From Octopus vulgaris (Eukaryota): 64,000 bases of DNA. Positions 39,221 to 52,727 of this stretch are shown one piece after another. A program made the position numbers and the translations under genes. The stretch spans positions 54,312,001-54,376,000 of the forward strand of contig OX597831.1 of assembly GCA_951406725.2 (NCBI GenBank), read 5' to 3'. Positions within the stretch are counted from its first letter, which is position 1. The number at the start of each line of letters is the position of its first letter. Below the pieces are notes generated by a model, which ran no database searches, had not been told where the DNA came from, and saw only the letters and a list, made by a program, of their open reading frames with translations.

Positions 39221-42200
39221 ATCTATGCATGTATGTATGTGTGTGTATGTGTGTGTATGTATGTGTGTATGTGTGTGTGTATGTGTGTATGTATGTGTGT
39301 GTGTGTATGTATGTATGTGGGTGTACATATTTATGTGTGTGAATGTATGCGTGTGTGTGTGGGGGTTTTTCTGGAGTTGTGTGGGCGTAATGTACATGCG
39401 CATGCTTGCGTGCACCTACGTGCGTGTATCTCTGCTAGGTGTTTATAAGAGTGTGCGTATCTGTATGAGTATTGTTTGTTTGTGTCTGTGCACGGGCATG
39501 TGTGCGTGCGCGTGGGGGAGTGGGGGGGGTGTATAGGTGTGGAAGTATGTGTGCGTACATGTGCATGTAGGTTGTATGTGTGTGGTGTGTTGGAAGTAGG
39601 TGTGTTCATGGATACGTGAGTATGTGTGTGTGTTTCTGTAAAAGGACAAAATATTTTAAAACAAAAAAAAAAGTTGCTAGTGTGGAGAGGTGGAGCGCAG
39701 TCATTAAGAGGAGGGGGCTGTGTTGAGTTCGTGTGGGGTATTGGTTTGTAAAGTGAAAATGAAATGTTGCTGCAACTGAAGCCTGGATTGTGGAGGACTG
39801 TTGTGTGGGGCGAGACCAAACACAGAGATGTCATCGGGGGAATGGCTGGCCGAGCGGAAGTGACGTGCGACGGGAGAATTGGACCGTAGACGAACATCCT
39901 TTACATGTTCGGCGAATCGGTCTGACAACCAGCGTCCCGTCTGTCCTACATACAGCATTCCGCAGAGGTTGCATTTAATGCAGTATATGAGACCAGACGA
40001 AGTACACGTAAAAGAATGCCTGATACGTACAGTACGCTGGTTGGAACCGGTGACAGCAGTGGTGTTGGTGATGAAGGGACAGGTGTTGCAGCGGGATCTG
40101 GAGCACGGGAAGGATCCGTGTGGGGCTGAAGGGGAAGAAGAGAGGGTGCTACAGACCAGGAGGTCACATAGATTCCGGGCTCGTTTGAAGGACAGGGGTG
40201 GGTTGGGGAAAATGGGGCGGGTCGTGGGATCGAGCTGGAGACGACGGAAGGCACGTAGTATCTTCCGACGAAGGGGTAGAGTAGAGGGGTCGAAAAGGAG
40301 GGGAAAGGGGGTGCAGTTGGGGGTGGGTGAGAGGAAGGAGAAAGGGTGGTGGTGCGGTCGATGCGACGAGCGCGGGCGAGGGCGTTCAAGACCAGGGTAG
40401 GTGGGTATCCTCAATGCCTGAACAGGCGGGCCAGGTATTGAGACTGGGTCTCGAAATCCTGGTCGCAGCTGCACAAGCGTCAGAGGCGGAGGAACTGGGA
40501 GTAGGGGATGGCGCGATTGGTGTGGAAGGGATGGGAGGAGGAGAAGTTGAGATAGAGGTGGGAATCCGTGGGTTTGAAGAAGGTGGAGGTGGTGAGAGAG
40601 TGGGAGGGGTGGTCGATGCTGAGAGAGATATCAAGGAAGTTAACAGAGGTATTGGAGATGGTGGAAGTGAATTGTAGAGAGGGGTGGAAGTTAGAGAGGA
40701 AAGAGATGAAGTGGCAGAGTTGTTCACGGGAGAGGGAGGTGGCGCCTATGCAGTCGTCTATGTAGCGACTGTATAGTTCTGGGGTTGGGACGACGGTCGA
40801 GGAAGTGTTGGAGGGCTAAGAGACCGTCGTTGTGGGGAATTACCGTATACAGGGATTTTATGTCTAAGGTGAAGAGGAGGTGTGAGGGACTGGAAGGGAA
40901 GGAAAAGGAATTGAAGAGACGGAGGGCGTGGTTGGTGTCATGTATGTGGGATGGGAGCGCTGCGACTAAAGGGGACAGGATGCGGTCGAGGTATAGGGAA
41001 AGGTGTTCAGTGGGGCAATTACAGGCGGAAACGATGGGGCGGCCAGGGTTATTGGGTTTATGATGGGAAGGAAATAGATGGTGGAGGTGCGGGTTGTGCG
41101 GACGATGAGGTTGGTGGCGGTGGGGGGGAGAGCAGAAGAGGAGATGAGGTTCTGGATGGTGGAGGACACTCGCTGTTGGTAGGAAGAGGTGGGACCGGAG
41201 AGGAGGAGGCAATAGAAGAGGGGATTTTGAAGCTGGCTGAGCGCTTCCTCCTTGTATAGATCTGCGCGCCACACCACCACTGCTCCGCCTTTGTCCGCCG
41301 GTTTGATGACAATGTCATTGCGGGGACGGAGGTGGCGAAGGGCAATCAATTCAGCCCGAGTGAGGTTGTCTCGGAGAGGTCTTTTTTTTAAAGTTAAACT
41401 GGTTGACCAACGCGTTGCAATCGTTCACGAACAAATCTAGGCTACTGAATTGGCGCCGCCCATCCAACTGGTCGCCACCCCAGCTCCAAAAACCAATCCT
41501 GATTGTCGTGACGCTGCGGGGACGCATGGAGGAATGCACAAAGTTTGAGGCGGCGCAGGAACTGGTTGATGTCGGTCCGAGTCTCGAATTCGTCAGTGGT
41601 GCATCAGAGGCGTGAAGCAGAGTCCCTTACTGAGGAGAGAGCTCTCAGCAGCGGAGAGGGGGAAATTGGGGGGTATAGTGACAACAGTGCGAGGAAGCGG
41701 GGGGGTGGGATGAGTGGGATCAAGAAGAGGGGGTGCAGAGGTGTGGGGAGGAGGGTTGGGGTGGTTGGGTGAAGATGAGGTAGGCGTAGGAAGGTCAGGG
41801 TGGGGTGTGTGTGGGTCCGTGGAGGGGTAAGGGGGAGGGTGCAGGAATGGAGGGAGTCGGGGGAGCTGGAGGGGAGGATGTAGGGGATGGGAAGGAGGTG
41901 ATGGGTTGAGGAGGTAGTGGAGTTTTTTGTTTTTTGTGTGAGGAAATTGTGAAGTTGGCGGTTGAGATTAAGAATGAAGCGGAGAATAGGTTGGGTGAAG
42001 AGTGGAGGGCAGAGGGAGGAGAGAAGGAGGTAAGCCTGGGGAAGTTGGTAGTCAAGGGAGTGAAGGAGAGAGCAGGTGGAACGGATGGTAGCACGGATGA
42101 GGAGGCAGGAAGTGCGGGCGAGGGTGGGTTCGATGAGGGGGGAGAAATAGGGGGTGGCGTGGAACTTCAAGAGGAAGCCACGGGGCGTGACGTGATGGCG

Positions 42201-45200
42201 GAGGCAACGGCTGAGGAAGGAGAGATGGCTAGAGTGGCGAGTTTTTTTAAAAAGTAAGTGAGAAAGTTTTTTTGCGGGTTGTAAGCATTGGGCGGGGAAA
42301 AAAGCGAGAAAGCGGCTAAGAAGGGATTGAAGGTGTTGGACGAACGAGTGCAAGTCAGGCATGTTGAGAAGTGGTGGATGTTTGTGTAGGTGTAAGTGGT
42401 GGCGACACAAGTGGAAAAATGGAGGTAGAAGAAGAAAGGTAAAGAAGGAAAAAGTACGAGAAAAAAAGTTCGAGGAAAAAAGTTATTGTAGAGTCACGGA
42501 CAGGTTTTTTGGATTTCCAATCACGATTTCAGTGGCGTACTCCGGAAGAATGGTAACAGTAATCCGTAGGTGTAAAAATCCAGGAATTGGTATCCAAGGC
42601 ACTCAGTATCCGTGTGAGCATGCGGTATATAAAGTTAATCCAAACAAAAAAAAACAAAAAAACACAACAACGCAAGGACGTGGAACAAATAAAGTATTAT
42701 TGGATGCTCAGGGAAGAAGGAGGGTTTAACGTTTCGAGAGGAGCTCTTCGTCAGAAACATAGGAGAAGGAAAGATCCCGAGAAGGGAGGACAGAGGAAAA
42801 GAAAATCGCTAGTGGTACTCACGAGGTCACATATTGAAAGACCGGAAATATATGTAGATAGATAGATAGATACACACACACACACACACAAACTATACCA
42901 TTTTAATCCCAGGCAATGCTGGGTAGATCTGCAAGTTGATTAATAATTCAATTACCAAGTTCTTCATGGTCTTGGCTCTTGTGTTCCAGCCACGTTTCGG
43001 CAGCCGAAGAAGACTTTGAACGTCTATGGCGCGGGTTTGGTGGCGGTGGTGGTGGTGCAGGATCCTGTCAAAATTAAAGACTAAAGATTAATTCCAATAT
43101 CATAGAATGCAACAGAAAATTTCAACACTGAACAATTTATATAGAAACTGTTTTCAACGTGAAAGTTTAACATGAAGGCACAGACTGATCATTTTCTTGT
43201 AGCAGTCTCATTTTAACATCTGTATTCATTTTTCTCTCTTTGTCATCCACTCATGTTTCCACACTCGATATAAAAAAAACAAAAGAAAAACACTGGCACT
43301 CCCTCAGTTACAATGACAAGGGTTCCAGTTGATCTGATCGACAGAACAGCCTGCACGAAAAAACACATACGCATACCCTTAGGCGTAAGAGTGGCTGTGT
43401 GGTAAGTAGCTTGCTTACCAACCACATGGTTCCGGGTTCAGTCCCACTGCATGGCACCTTGGGCAAGTGTCTTCTGTTATAGCCTCGGGCCGACCAAAGC
43501 CTTGTGAGCAGATTTGGTAGACGGGAACTGAAAGAAGCCCATCGTAAATATGTATATATATACATACTAGCAGTATCGCCCGGCGTTGCTCGGGTTTGTT
43601 TCGACCCGCTGGAATTGTAATTTTGAAAAGTAAAAATTTTGTGAACATTTTTCTGGTCGAAATACACCGAAAAGTGGCGACACAGCAGTGAAAAAATCGT
43701 AAAAAATAGGGATTTTCATAGAAAAAAGCATCTTTTTGATGTAAATAATTTTTGGTGTTAACATGGTCCGATTTGAATTTTATGTTCTATGGAAGGAAGA
43801 GCAACCCTTCTTCTACCATACTCTCAATTTTGATCAACTTGCGCCGCAGGGTCTCGGAGGAGATAGTGTTACTTGAAGGTTACCATTCTAGGTGCCTGAG
43901 TAACAACCTCGCGGATTTACAGATAAATGAATTAATTACTATTTTACAGAATAAAATTAAATAATTCTTGAAAATTAATTAATATTAATATTTTTTGAAC
44001 AAAGTAAATAATTTTTAAAACTTAAATAATTTTTTTTACACAAACGTGAACGGGGAAAAGGGGGTGGCGAATTCGATTTACATACCTAAATTTTTTTCTT
44101 TTTCATGACATTGTAGCCAAATAGTAGTGAATTATATAAATACCAGCAGTACATTTTTTTTTCTGGGGTATTTTTTTTCAACCTCGTCACATATTTGCCC
44201 CTTTCAATTTAAACAAAGTCTTAATTAAGCAATTACGGCAGCTTAGCAATGGTTTCAATACAGGCGTGACATCTGTATCTCAATTGTTCAAAACCCTTCG
44301 AATTTTTTCGCACGTGATGATATCATAGTGAAAACTTTCAATTACGCGCGCTTAGAAGTACGCTCGCAAATTAATACTACCAAAATTTTGAAGTTCGCGC
44401 TCCGCTTGTGTGTGTGTGTGTGCGCGTGCTTTAGGTGTACGTAGGTATGTGTTTTTGTGTGTGTGTGTCACTGAAGCCATACATACATATATACATACAT
44501 AACCCCTCTCTCTCTCTTTTCTCTCTCAGTCACTCACTACAAAAAGTGAATAAAAAAAGTTCAGTTATTTCTGTCTTTCACTCTGTCTGTCTCTTTACAC
44601 ACACTAACAAAAGCACTTCACTTACACACCACACTTTCTGTGTCGCACAACCCATCAAACACACACACACACACACTCACGCACGCACACATGTACATCA
44701 ATGCTTTCGGAGTGAAATGTTAAAATATTGAGTTTTCTCGAATTTTGTCTTAATTGGGGGTGAAATTGAAAGAAATATATTATGGCATGACCGAATGGAG
44801 TACTTTGAAAAATCTTAGGTAAACTCTAATTGAAGAAATTGTGTGAGGAGTAAATCGTTATGTATTATTTGTTTCTGTTTGCTGTGTTTTTTTATTTTTT
44901 GAGTAGTGGTTTAAATACTTTCAGTTTAGTCTTCCTCAAATCACTCTGTCACTATTTACTGTCATTTTATTCGTTGCACACTGTGTGTGTGCGTGTGCGT
45001 GTAGTGTAAACCACATTAAGAAAAGCATTTGACATACACACCAGAATGTGAGTTTTCTGTAAATTTTGCTTAATTGGAGTTTAAATTTTAAAAACTGGAC
45101 CTGGCATGACCCGATGCATTCTACTCTTAAAAATGCTAGGTAAATTGTAATTGAAGAAATCCTAAATTGTAGATTTCTATAAGTTACAAAGGGAGGCAGA

Positions 45201-48200
45201 TAAAATCTGCCTTTTATAATAAGAGATATATGTGTGTGTGTGTGTGTGTGTATGTGCATATGTTTGTGTGTCTGTGTTTGTCCCCCCAACTTCACTTGAC
45301 AACCGATGCTGGTGTGTTTACGTCCCTGTTACTTAGCGGTTCGGCAAAAGACCGATAGAGTAAGTACTAGGTTTACAAAGAATAAGTCCTGGGGTCGATT
45401 TGCTCGACTAAAGGCGGTGCTCCAGCATGGCCACGGTCAAATGACTGAAACAAGTAAAAGAGTAGTCCTCAGGGATATTCAGCATGACACAATATGCAAG
45501 ACTGACTGGCCCTTTGAAATACAGGTACTACACAATTTTGCCAGCTGAGTGGACTGGAGCAATGTGAAATGAAGTGTCTTGATCAAGGACACAACGTGCT
45601 GCTGGGGATCAGACTCACAACCTTACGATCATGAGCCAAATACCCTAACCACTAGGCCAGACGATGGAATATTTCAAGTAAGTGTCTTTCTGAAAGTTGC
45701 CTCAGCAGCCACAATAACCATACATCTATATCTAATATATAAAATAGACCCATGTGTGTGTGTTCGCTTTTCACGCGAAAACGGCTGTGCAGTTTGGTTC
45801 CATACTTGGGATGCATGAATAATTCGACCTTGGATACATAATAGGGTCTCCATTTTATTTTTTTACTAAAAATAAATAATATAGCTGTATATATATGATT
45901 CCCTTCTTTAAAATGGTTTTTCATTGTCAACTTCCAGTACTGACATGGCAACTGCAGCAAGCTACACACACACACACACACACATATATGTATTGGGTTG
46001 GTACATAATTATTGCAGCTTTTTTTTCAACAAATTTTATTCAACAAAAACAATAACATGTAACATTTTTTTACATTGACATTTCTGTGATACATGATCCC
46101 TATTGATCGTCCCCTACCTTTTTTTCTTTTTTTTTTTTCACAATCCCTTTTGATCGGAATTCAACCCTTTTTTTTCCTTTTCTTCTTCCCAAAAAGAAAA
46201 GCTCTACTTTGTATCTTGTCCCTTCTGTGTTGAGCCCTGCGTAGCCAATAAAGAAATCTATGTCTATAACTACCTATGTCTAAAACTATCTCCATACCAA
46301 TAACTATCTCTTATACCAATAACTATATCTATACCAAGATATATAAAAATACACATTTACCATTCAATTACCAGTTAATCATTATTGTAGCAGTTGCAAG
46401 GTATTTACAGTTACATATTTACCCTTAAATTAACATTTAATACATGTACTTAATATATATATATATGTGTGTGTGTGTGTATATATATTAAGGAATTTAC
46501 TTATAATAATTCTGGCATTTACCGTTAAATTAGAAGCTCATACATGTGCTTCTCTTGGTTAATTTATACTGCATATAAAAATAAAAACATACTACATACA
46601 TACATACAACTGCTTACAAAAATAGGGATTAATGTGTAATTTTTTTTATGTTCATAATTTTTTGTTTACAATATTGAGAAAATATGCCACCAAAGAAAAG
46701 ACATAATCTCTCTAGAAACAAGTATAAAGCAAGGGGGATTGTAGAAAGCCAAAGGCGAGAATCTGAAGAGAGAAACAAAGATGAGATTTTCTCAAGATCA
46801 GCAAAGGGATGCTGCAGCACGTTAGACGAAAACTCAAGAGAGAAAGGAGATGAGACTTTCCCAAGATCAGCAAACACATGCTGCAGCACTTAATGCTGGA
46901 TCATTAAATCAGTGTTTTAATGATTAGACAGAGGTCTAATAGAACAGCTCTCAGAAACATACTACATACAAATTAGTTCTTCGCAACTCCTGGGGCTGCT
47001 TTCAGATATCCATCCCATTATTATAAAAATGATAACTCTGTCGAAACTGGTGTGCTTAACACAAATAGTTTTGTAGAGTTTTAAAATTTTCAAATGAAAC
47101 AAATGGCATGTGCTGCTCAGGCGGTTAGGTAAGATTGCCAGCACTACCAGCTCTTTCTCAACCTCTTATAGATCTTCTAGAAGGCACTTAGATCCAGTCA
47201 AAGGATTTTCAGAACAATATCAGACAATACAACTCTGCATATCAAATGACATCGTTTACTGCATCTAAGAAGATACTTAAACATGAATTTACGTCAACAT
47301 CAAAGTTCAAGGGCAAGTCTATCACCTCATTGGTTCCCTGTTACCCACAAATGAACAAGCACAGTTCCTCCAAATTTACTTTATGAGGGATGTAGGACAA
47401 CAAAGCTGAAGGAGGTGTCAAAATTTCAGATGATGGGTCGTGTTAGACACAGTGCAGACTGCTGCAAAAGAGAGTATATCCACTGACAGCATTTCAGTGG
47501 GTTCAAAAATCCTATAACTCCCACCCCCAATTTTCCATGACAGGTTAGGGCTTGAAATACTCCATATGGACGCATAGTATGTTGTTTAGTCGAATTAGCC
47601 CATCATTTACTCCACAAATCTTTTGTTGTCAATGCTGCACTTTCCCATATCAGCTGTTTCAACATAACTGTAATATATACAAACTATGCTATTTTAATCC
47701 TGAACAACGCCGGGTTTCTCAGCTCATCTATACGTAATTAGCATGTGCTTGAGTATTCCACAGACTTATGTATTTAAATAATTCACAGGCAGAACCAGTG
47801 TGGCACTAAATGACAAGGCCTTTGAATCACCAGGCTTCTAATGAGTTTCTGCCTATCCCCACTCCATTTTATTCACAGAATCTGGGCTGACCCCAAGATG
47901 CACGTGTGTAGGGGAGGGAGAGAGAGAGAAAGAGAGAGAAAGAAAGAGAGAGGGAAAGAGAGAAAGAGAGAGAAAGATAGATAGGGGGAGGGAACATTCC
48001 TAACCTTGGAGGCTCGTGGATGCTGGTGCCATGTAAAAAGCAGCCACATCAATACCACGTAAACACACCGATGCCAGTGCTGCGTAAAAGCACCCATTAC
48101 ACTGTGTAAAGTGGTTGGCATTAGGAGGCCATAGAAACCAGACATGGAGCCTGAGCAGCTCTCCAGTTCCTGTCAAGCCATCCAATAGACATCGAATGAT

Positions 48201-48668
48201 TATATATAAAATTTTATACACAGCACACACACACACAATAATACTATCATATATACTTTTAGCAGATAAGAAAACAGTGTAGTTAGGATGAATGATGGAA
48301 TTACATTTCTGAAGCTGTTCATAGTAGAATACCAGCCAGTTTAGCACATAGTTAACTGTCAATATTTGAAACATTAATACACTAAAGTCAGAACAAATTT
48401 ACAGGGAGAGAAATACATTTTCCCAACAAGAATGGGAGACAACTCTGACACAGATATCTGGTACACTCGCATATACGAGTTTAATGAACATATTATCTTT
48501 TCTCTTTTACTTGTTTCAGTCATTTGACTGCGGCCATGCTGGAGCACCGCCTTTAGTCGAACAAATCGACCCCGGGACTTATTCTTTGTAAGCCCAGTAC
48601 TCATTCTATCGATCTCTTCTGCCGAACTGCTAAGTAACGGGGACGTAAACACACCAAGACACACAAAC

Positions 48669-48741
<73 letters not shown>

Positions 48742-51700
48742 CGACAGGCTTCTTTTAGTTTCCGTCTACCAAATCCACTCACAAGGCTTTGGTCGGCCCG
48801 GGGCTATAGCAGAAGACACTTGCCCAAGATGCCATGCAGTGGGACTGAACCCGGAACCATGTGGTTGGTTAGCAAGCTACTTACCACACAGCCACTCTTG
48901 TGCCTATGTTAACTATCTCACTGAGATATGAAGATACAGTAATTAAGATACAGTAATTAAACGACATTTTTCTGTCACCAGCAAACAAATGATAAATCAG
49001 ATCAGTTTCAGCATTTTTTTTACTGTTACATCAGAGATTGGTTGTTGATATCTCTGACCCGACCGAAAATATAGTATATGTACAAATTCCTAAATTTGTA
49101 TCAATAAAATTGACTCATTCTGATCTAATTTTCATAACAGTGCAACCTTAAGTAACATCATTACCATGATTTAACATCCACCTTCTATGCAGGAATGGGT
49201 TGACGGATTGACAGAAGCTGGTGATCCAGAGGACTGTGCCAATCTACTGTCTGCTTTGTTATAATTTCTATGGTTGGATGCCCTTCCTAATGCCAGTTAT
49301 TTTACAGGATGTACTGGGTGCTTTTTACATGGCAGCAATGATATCACCAAGTAATTTGTACGATAGGACCCATCGACTGAGAGAGGGAGTGTTATTGAGT
49401 AAGGGGTCTTTGAACCAGGAGATGAGTATGATAAGATAGATACAGGCGTCTTGAAGTAGAGAAGATACATAGCTACCCCAGCTAGAAAAAAAAGGGAGAA
49501 AAGTTGCAGGAGGGAATTTTTACACAGGTAAGTTCATACATTAATCAGTCAAAATACTACGCAAAATAGTTTTGATACAGGTGTCCTGCAGTAGAGGAGA
49601 TACATAGCTACCCCAGTTAGAAAAAGAGAGAGAGAAAAGTTGCAAGGGGAAGGGAGGGATTTGTGCACAGGTAAGTTCATATATTAATTAATTAGTCAAA
49701 ACACTACACAAAATAGTTTTGGTAAATTGAGCTATTACATTGACTTACAGGTGTGAATATTTAGTAAACACATTTTAAAGTTTACTACACAAAAAAATAT
49801 ACACTGTAATTAAACCAGAAATAGATCATCATCATGATTTAACGCCCACTTTTCTTTTTTCATGTTTGCATGGGTCAAATGGAATTTGTTGCAGCAGACT
49901 TTCTACAACCAGACGCTTTTCCTATCACCAACCCTCACTGGTTTCCAAGCAAGGTCAATATTTACCCCATAGCCAGACGTTTTCCAAAGAAGACTGGAAA
50001 CAAATAACATCGTTTATATGATAATGATATTCACAATATCAAAACAAGGGCATACATGCACACATGCATACACAAACACGTGTGTGTGTGTGTGTCTATA
50101 CAGGCAGAAAAGACAGGCTTCTTTCAGTTTCCATCTACCAATTCCACTCACTCAGTCAGGAGTTATAGTAGAAAACATTTGCCCAAGGTGCTGTGCAGAG
50201 GGACTGAACTTGAGACCACATGGTTGGGAAGCAAGCTTCTTAACTACACAGTCATGCCTGCTTGGTTGAAAATATTAACTCACATAAAATAAAGACTGAA
50301 TGCACAAGATAAAATCATAGGATTTTAATGTACATAGCAGGAGAGAACTACAGAGATGTGTGCCCGGAATGTGAATGAATGAACACACATAAAATAAATA
50401 ATAATTTCAGTTGGGTTAGAAATGAAAAAATGAAGTTTGGGAAAATAATGATTAAAATCAGAAAACGACAAGTTGCACAAAAGCCTTTTCAAAAATCAGT
50501 GATTCTCTTCATAATTTAAGAGCTAAAACTTTAGAGTTTCTTTTAAGTTTCAGAAATGTACATTTTTATAATAAACACATTTTTAAATCTAAAATAAAAG
50601 AACAAGATAGGAATATGATATCAATGAAATAGAATGGAATATGAAAAAAATTGTAAAAAAAAAAAAAAAAAAAAAAGCCATCTAAAGAAGGTGAGACAAA
50701 AGTGAAAGAAGAGAGATGATTGGGTAAAAGAAACAAAGGTGAAATAAGTGGAGAATAGAAAATGAGAATGCCCTTTGGAAGATGCTGATAATGCTTACCT
50801 TTTTGGAAGATGAAGAACTAACTTGGTCTAAATTATGGAGTGACCGTGCAGCAGCTAGTCTTGTTACAGGTTTCCTTGGAGCTGGGTCTGGTCTGGGAGC
50901 AGTATAGGGAGCTGGGGTGGTGAATGTCCGTAATTTTCTGGCGGGTTTTGGAGTAACAGATGGTGTGGTACTAGTGCTTGATTCAGAAGAGTGTTCGTTC
51001 ACAAGGTTTTTCAAAATGTTTAGCTTACGATCTTTTTCTTGAAGGTATGTCCGACACTTGTACTCTAATTTCTGCCGGTCATATTCCTACAAATAAAATA
51101 ACAAAGCAGGTAAACTAAGAAGCAAGAACTGACAAATATACAAAAAAAAAAAAAAAACATTCAGGAGATGGCATTAGATCTGTCTATATTCAATATTTCC
51201 TATTTATTACCTATCACTCTCTCCCAACACAGCCCTTTCATAATTAATATCTAGCTCTCTACTTCACCTCTGTTATTCCCTCTGAACACACTACTTTCCT
51301 CCCATCACAATTCAATCTCCTTACTAACAACCAGGATGCAGCCATTACATCACCGTTTCCCTTCCATTGCTCCCACATCTATCACCCTTTCTCTCTTTCA
51401 CCCTCTTGGTCATGTTGCTTTGAACCAATGAAAACAATGTAAGGAAAAACTTGGGTTTCACAGGGAACAAAGTAATCTCTCTTGTGTTGGTCCCATGAGA
51501 AAACGCTCAAGTATATTATGTAGTGGTTGGCATTAAGACTGACATCCAGCCTGAGAAACCATGCTAAATGGCGTAATGATGATACTGAGAAAATTAAAAA
51601 ATTCAAATTTAATCTAAATTTAAGTTCAAACTGTTAGAGACCTTTTCTACAAAAGCATATATATTTAACGTAAAGTATACTAGCCATCTCAATATGGCTA

Positions 51701-52680
51701 ACCACTAAGGGTGGGTATTACTGTAGCTTTTAGCCCCAGGAGATCGTCTCCAGCTGGCTTTCGGCACACTTTCTGTGCCCTTATGCAAATACCCTAAGGG
51801 CACAGAAAATGTGCCTAAAGCCAGCAGGAGACGATGATCTCCTGGGGCTAAAAGCTACAGTAACACTCACCCTTAGTGGTTAGCCATATTGAGATGGCTA
51901 GTATACTTTATGTTTACATCTCGTTCAGAGATTTATTATTGCATATATATTTAAAATCTCATAAAATGAAAGACAACATGAGATTTCAATTGATCGACAC
52001 TGATATAGCAGAACCATCTACTTGTGAGGAATTCAGTCACAATATAGTTACGGAGTAACAGTACCTGTTGTCGAAACTTTTGTTCATTTTGCTGTATTCT
52101 GGTTTCATAATCACTCTTTAGCTGACATTTTTCATCTCTGGCTTCTCTTATCAATGAATTCTTTTCTTGTAGCTGAAACGGTATGAAGTTATTAAATGTT
52201 GAAAATGCTTGCACAAAACTTTTTAAGCAAAATAAAATAAAAGTAGCACCATATTATATGTGTATTTCACCAATTCTGTTAAATAAGAAATAATTCAAGC
52301 GTGGCTGTTTGGTAAGAAGTTTGCCTCCCACCTAATGGCTCCACATTCAATCCCTTTGCATGACACCTTGGACAAATGTCTTTTATTATGGCACCAGGTC
52401 AATCAAAGCCTTACTGAATGGATTTGGTAGATGGAAACTGAATGAAGCCTATCACACACACACACAGACAATAAATAAATATATATATATCATCATCATC
52501 ATTTAGCGTCCGTTTTCCATGCTAGCATGGGTTGGACGGTTCAACTGGGGTCTGGGGAGCCCGAAGGCTGCACCAGGCCAGTCAGATCTGGCAGTGTTTC
52601 TACAGCTGGATGCCCTTCCTAACGCCAACCACTCCGAGAGTGTAGTGGGTGATTTTATGTGCCACTGACACAGGTGCCAG

Positions 52681-52727
<47 letters not shown>

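Larger units (their letters stand above)
38230..42848 (-). mobile_element. Near-full-length Penelope-like element (Neptune-type; RT + Cys linker + GIY-YIG) with direct terminal repeats; ORF broken
   Basis: Motifs IVIKPADKGGAVVVW, HKPNNPGRPIVS, LDIKSLYT, RYIDD, FPCSRSRCNTC and LIYCIKCNLCGMLYVGQTGR..RFAEH. Direct repeats of about 220-240 bp at 38230-38470 and 42632-42848. Confidence 0.92.
36710..42935 (+). mobile_element. Helitron remnant split by nested insertions (same family as 45725-47726)
   Basis: 36710-36970 matches 46340-46600 and 37210-37450 matches 47434-47680. The match resumes at 42890 with AACTATACCATTTTAATCC, hairpin CCCAGGCAATGCTGGG and CAAG|T. Confidence 0.7.

Noticed and set aside
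39879-42257. Plus-strand Gly/Glu/Arg-rich ORFs
   Set aside because: They are antisense shadows of the C-rich Penelope coding strand.
46684-46893. 69-aa ORF MPPKKRHN... as an independent gene
   Set aside because: It lies at the expected start of the Helitron RepHel ORF, upstream of the recognisable RepHel remnants.
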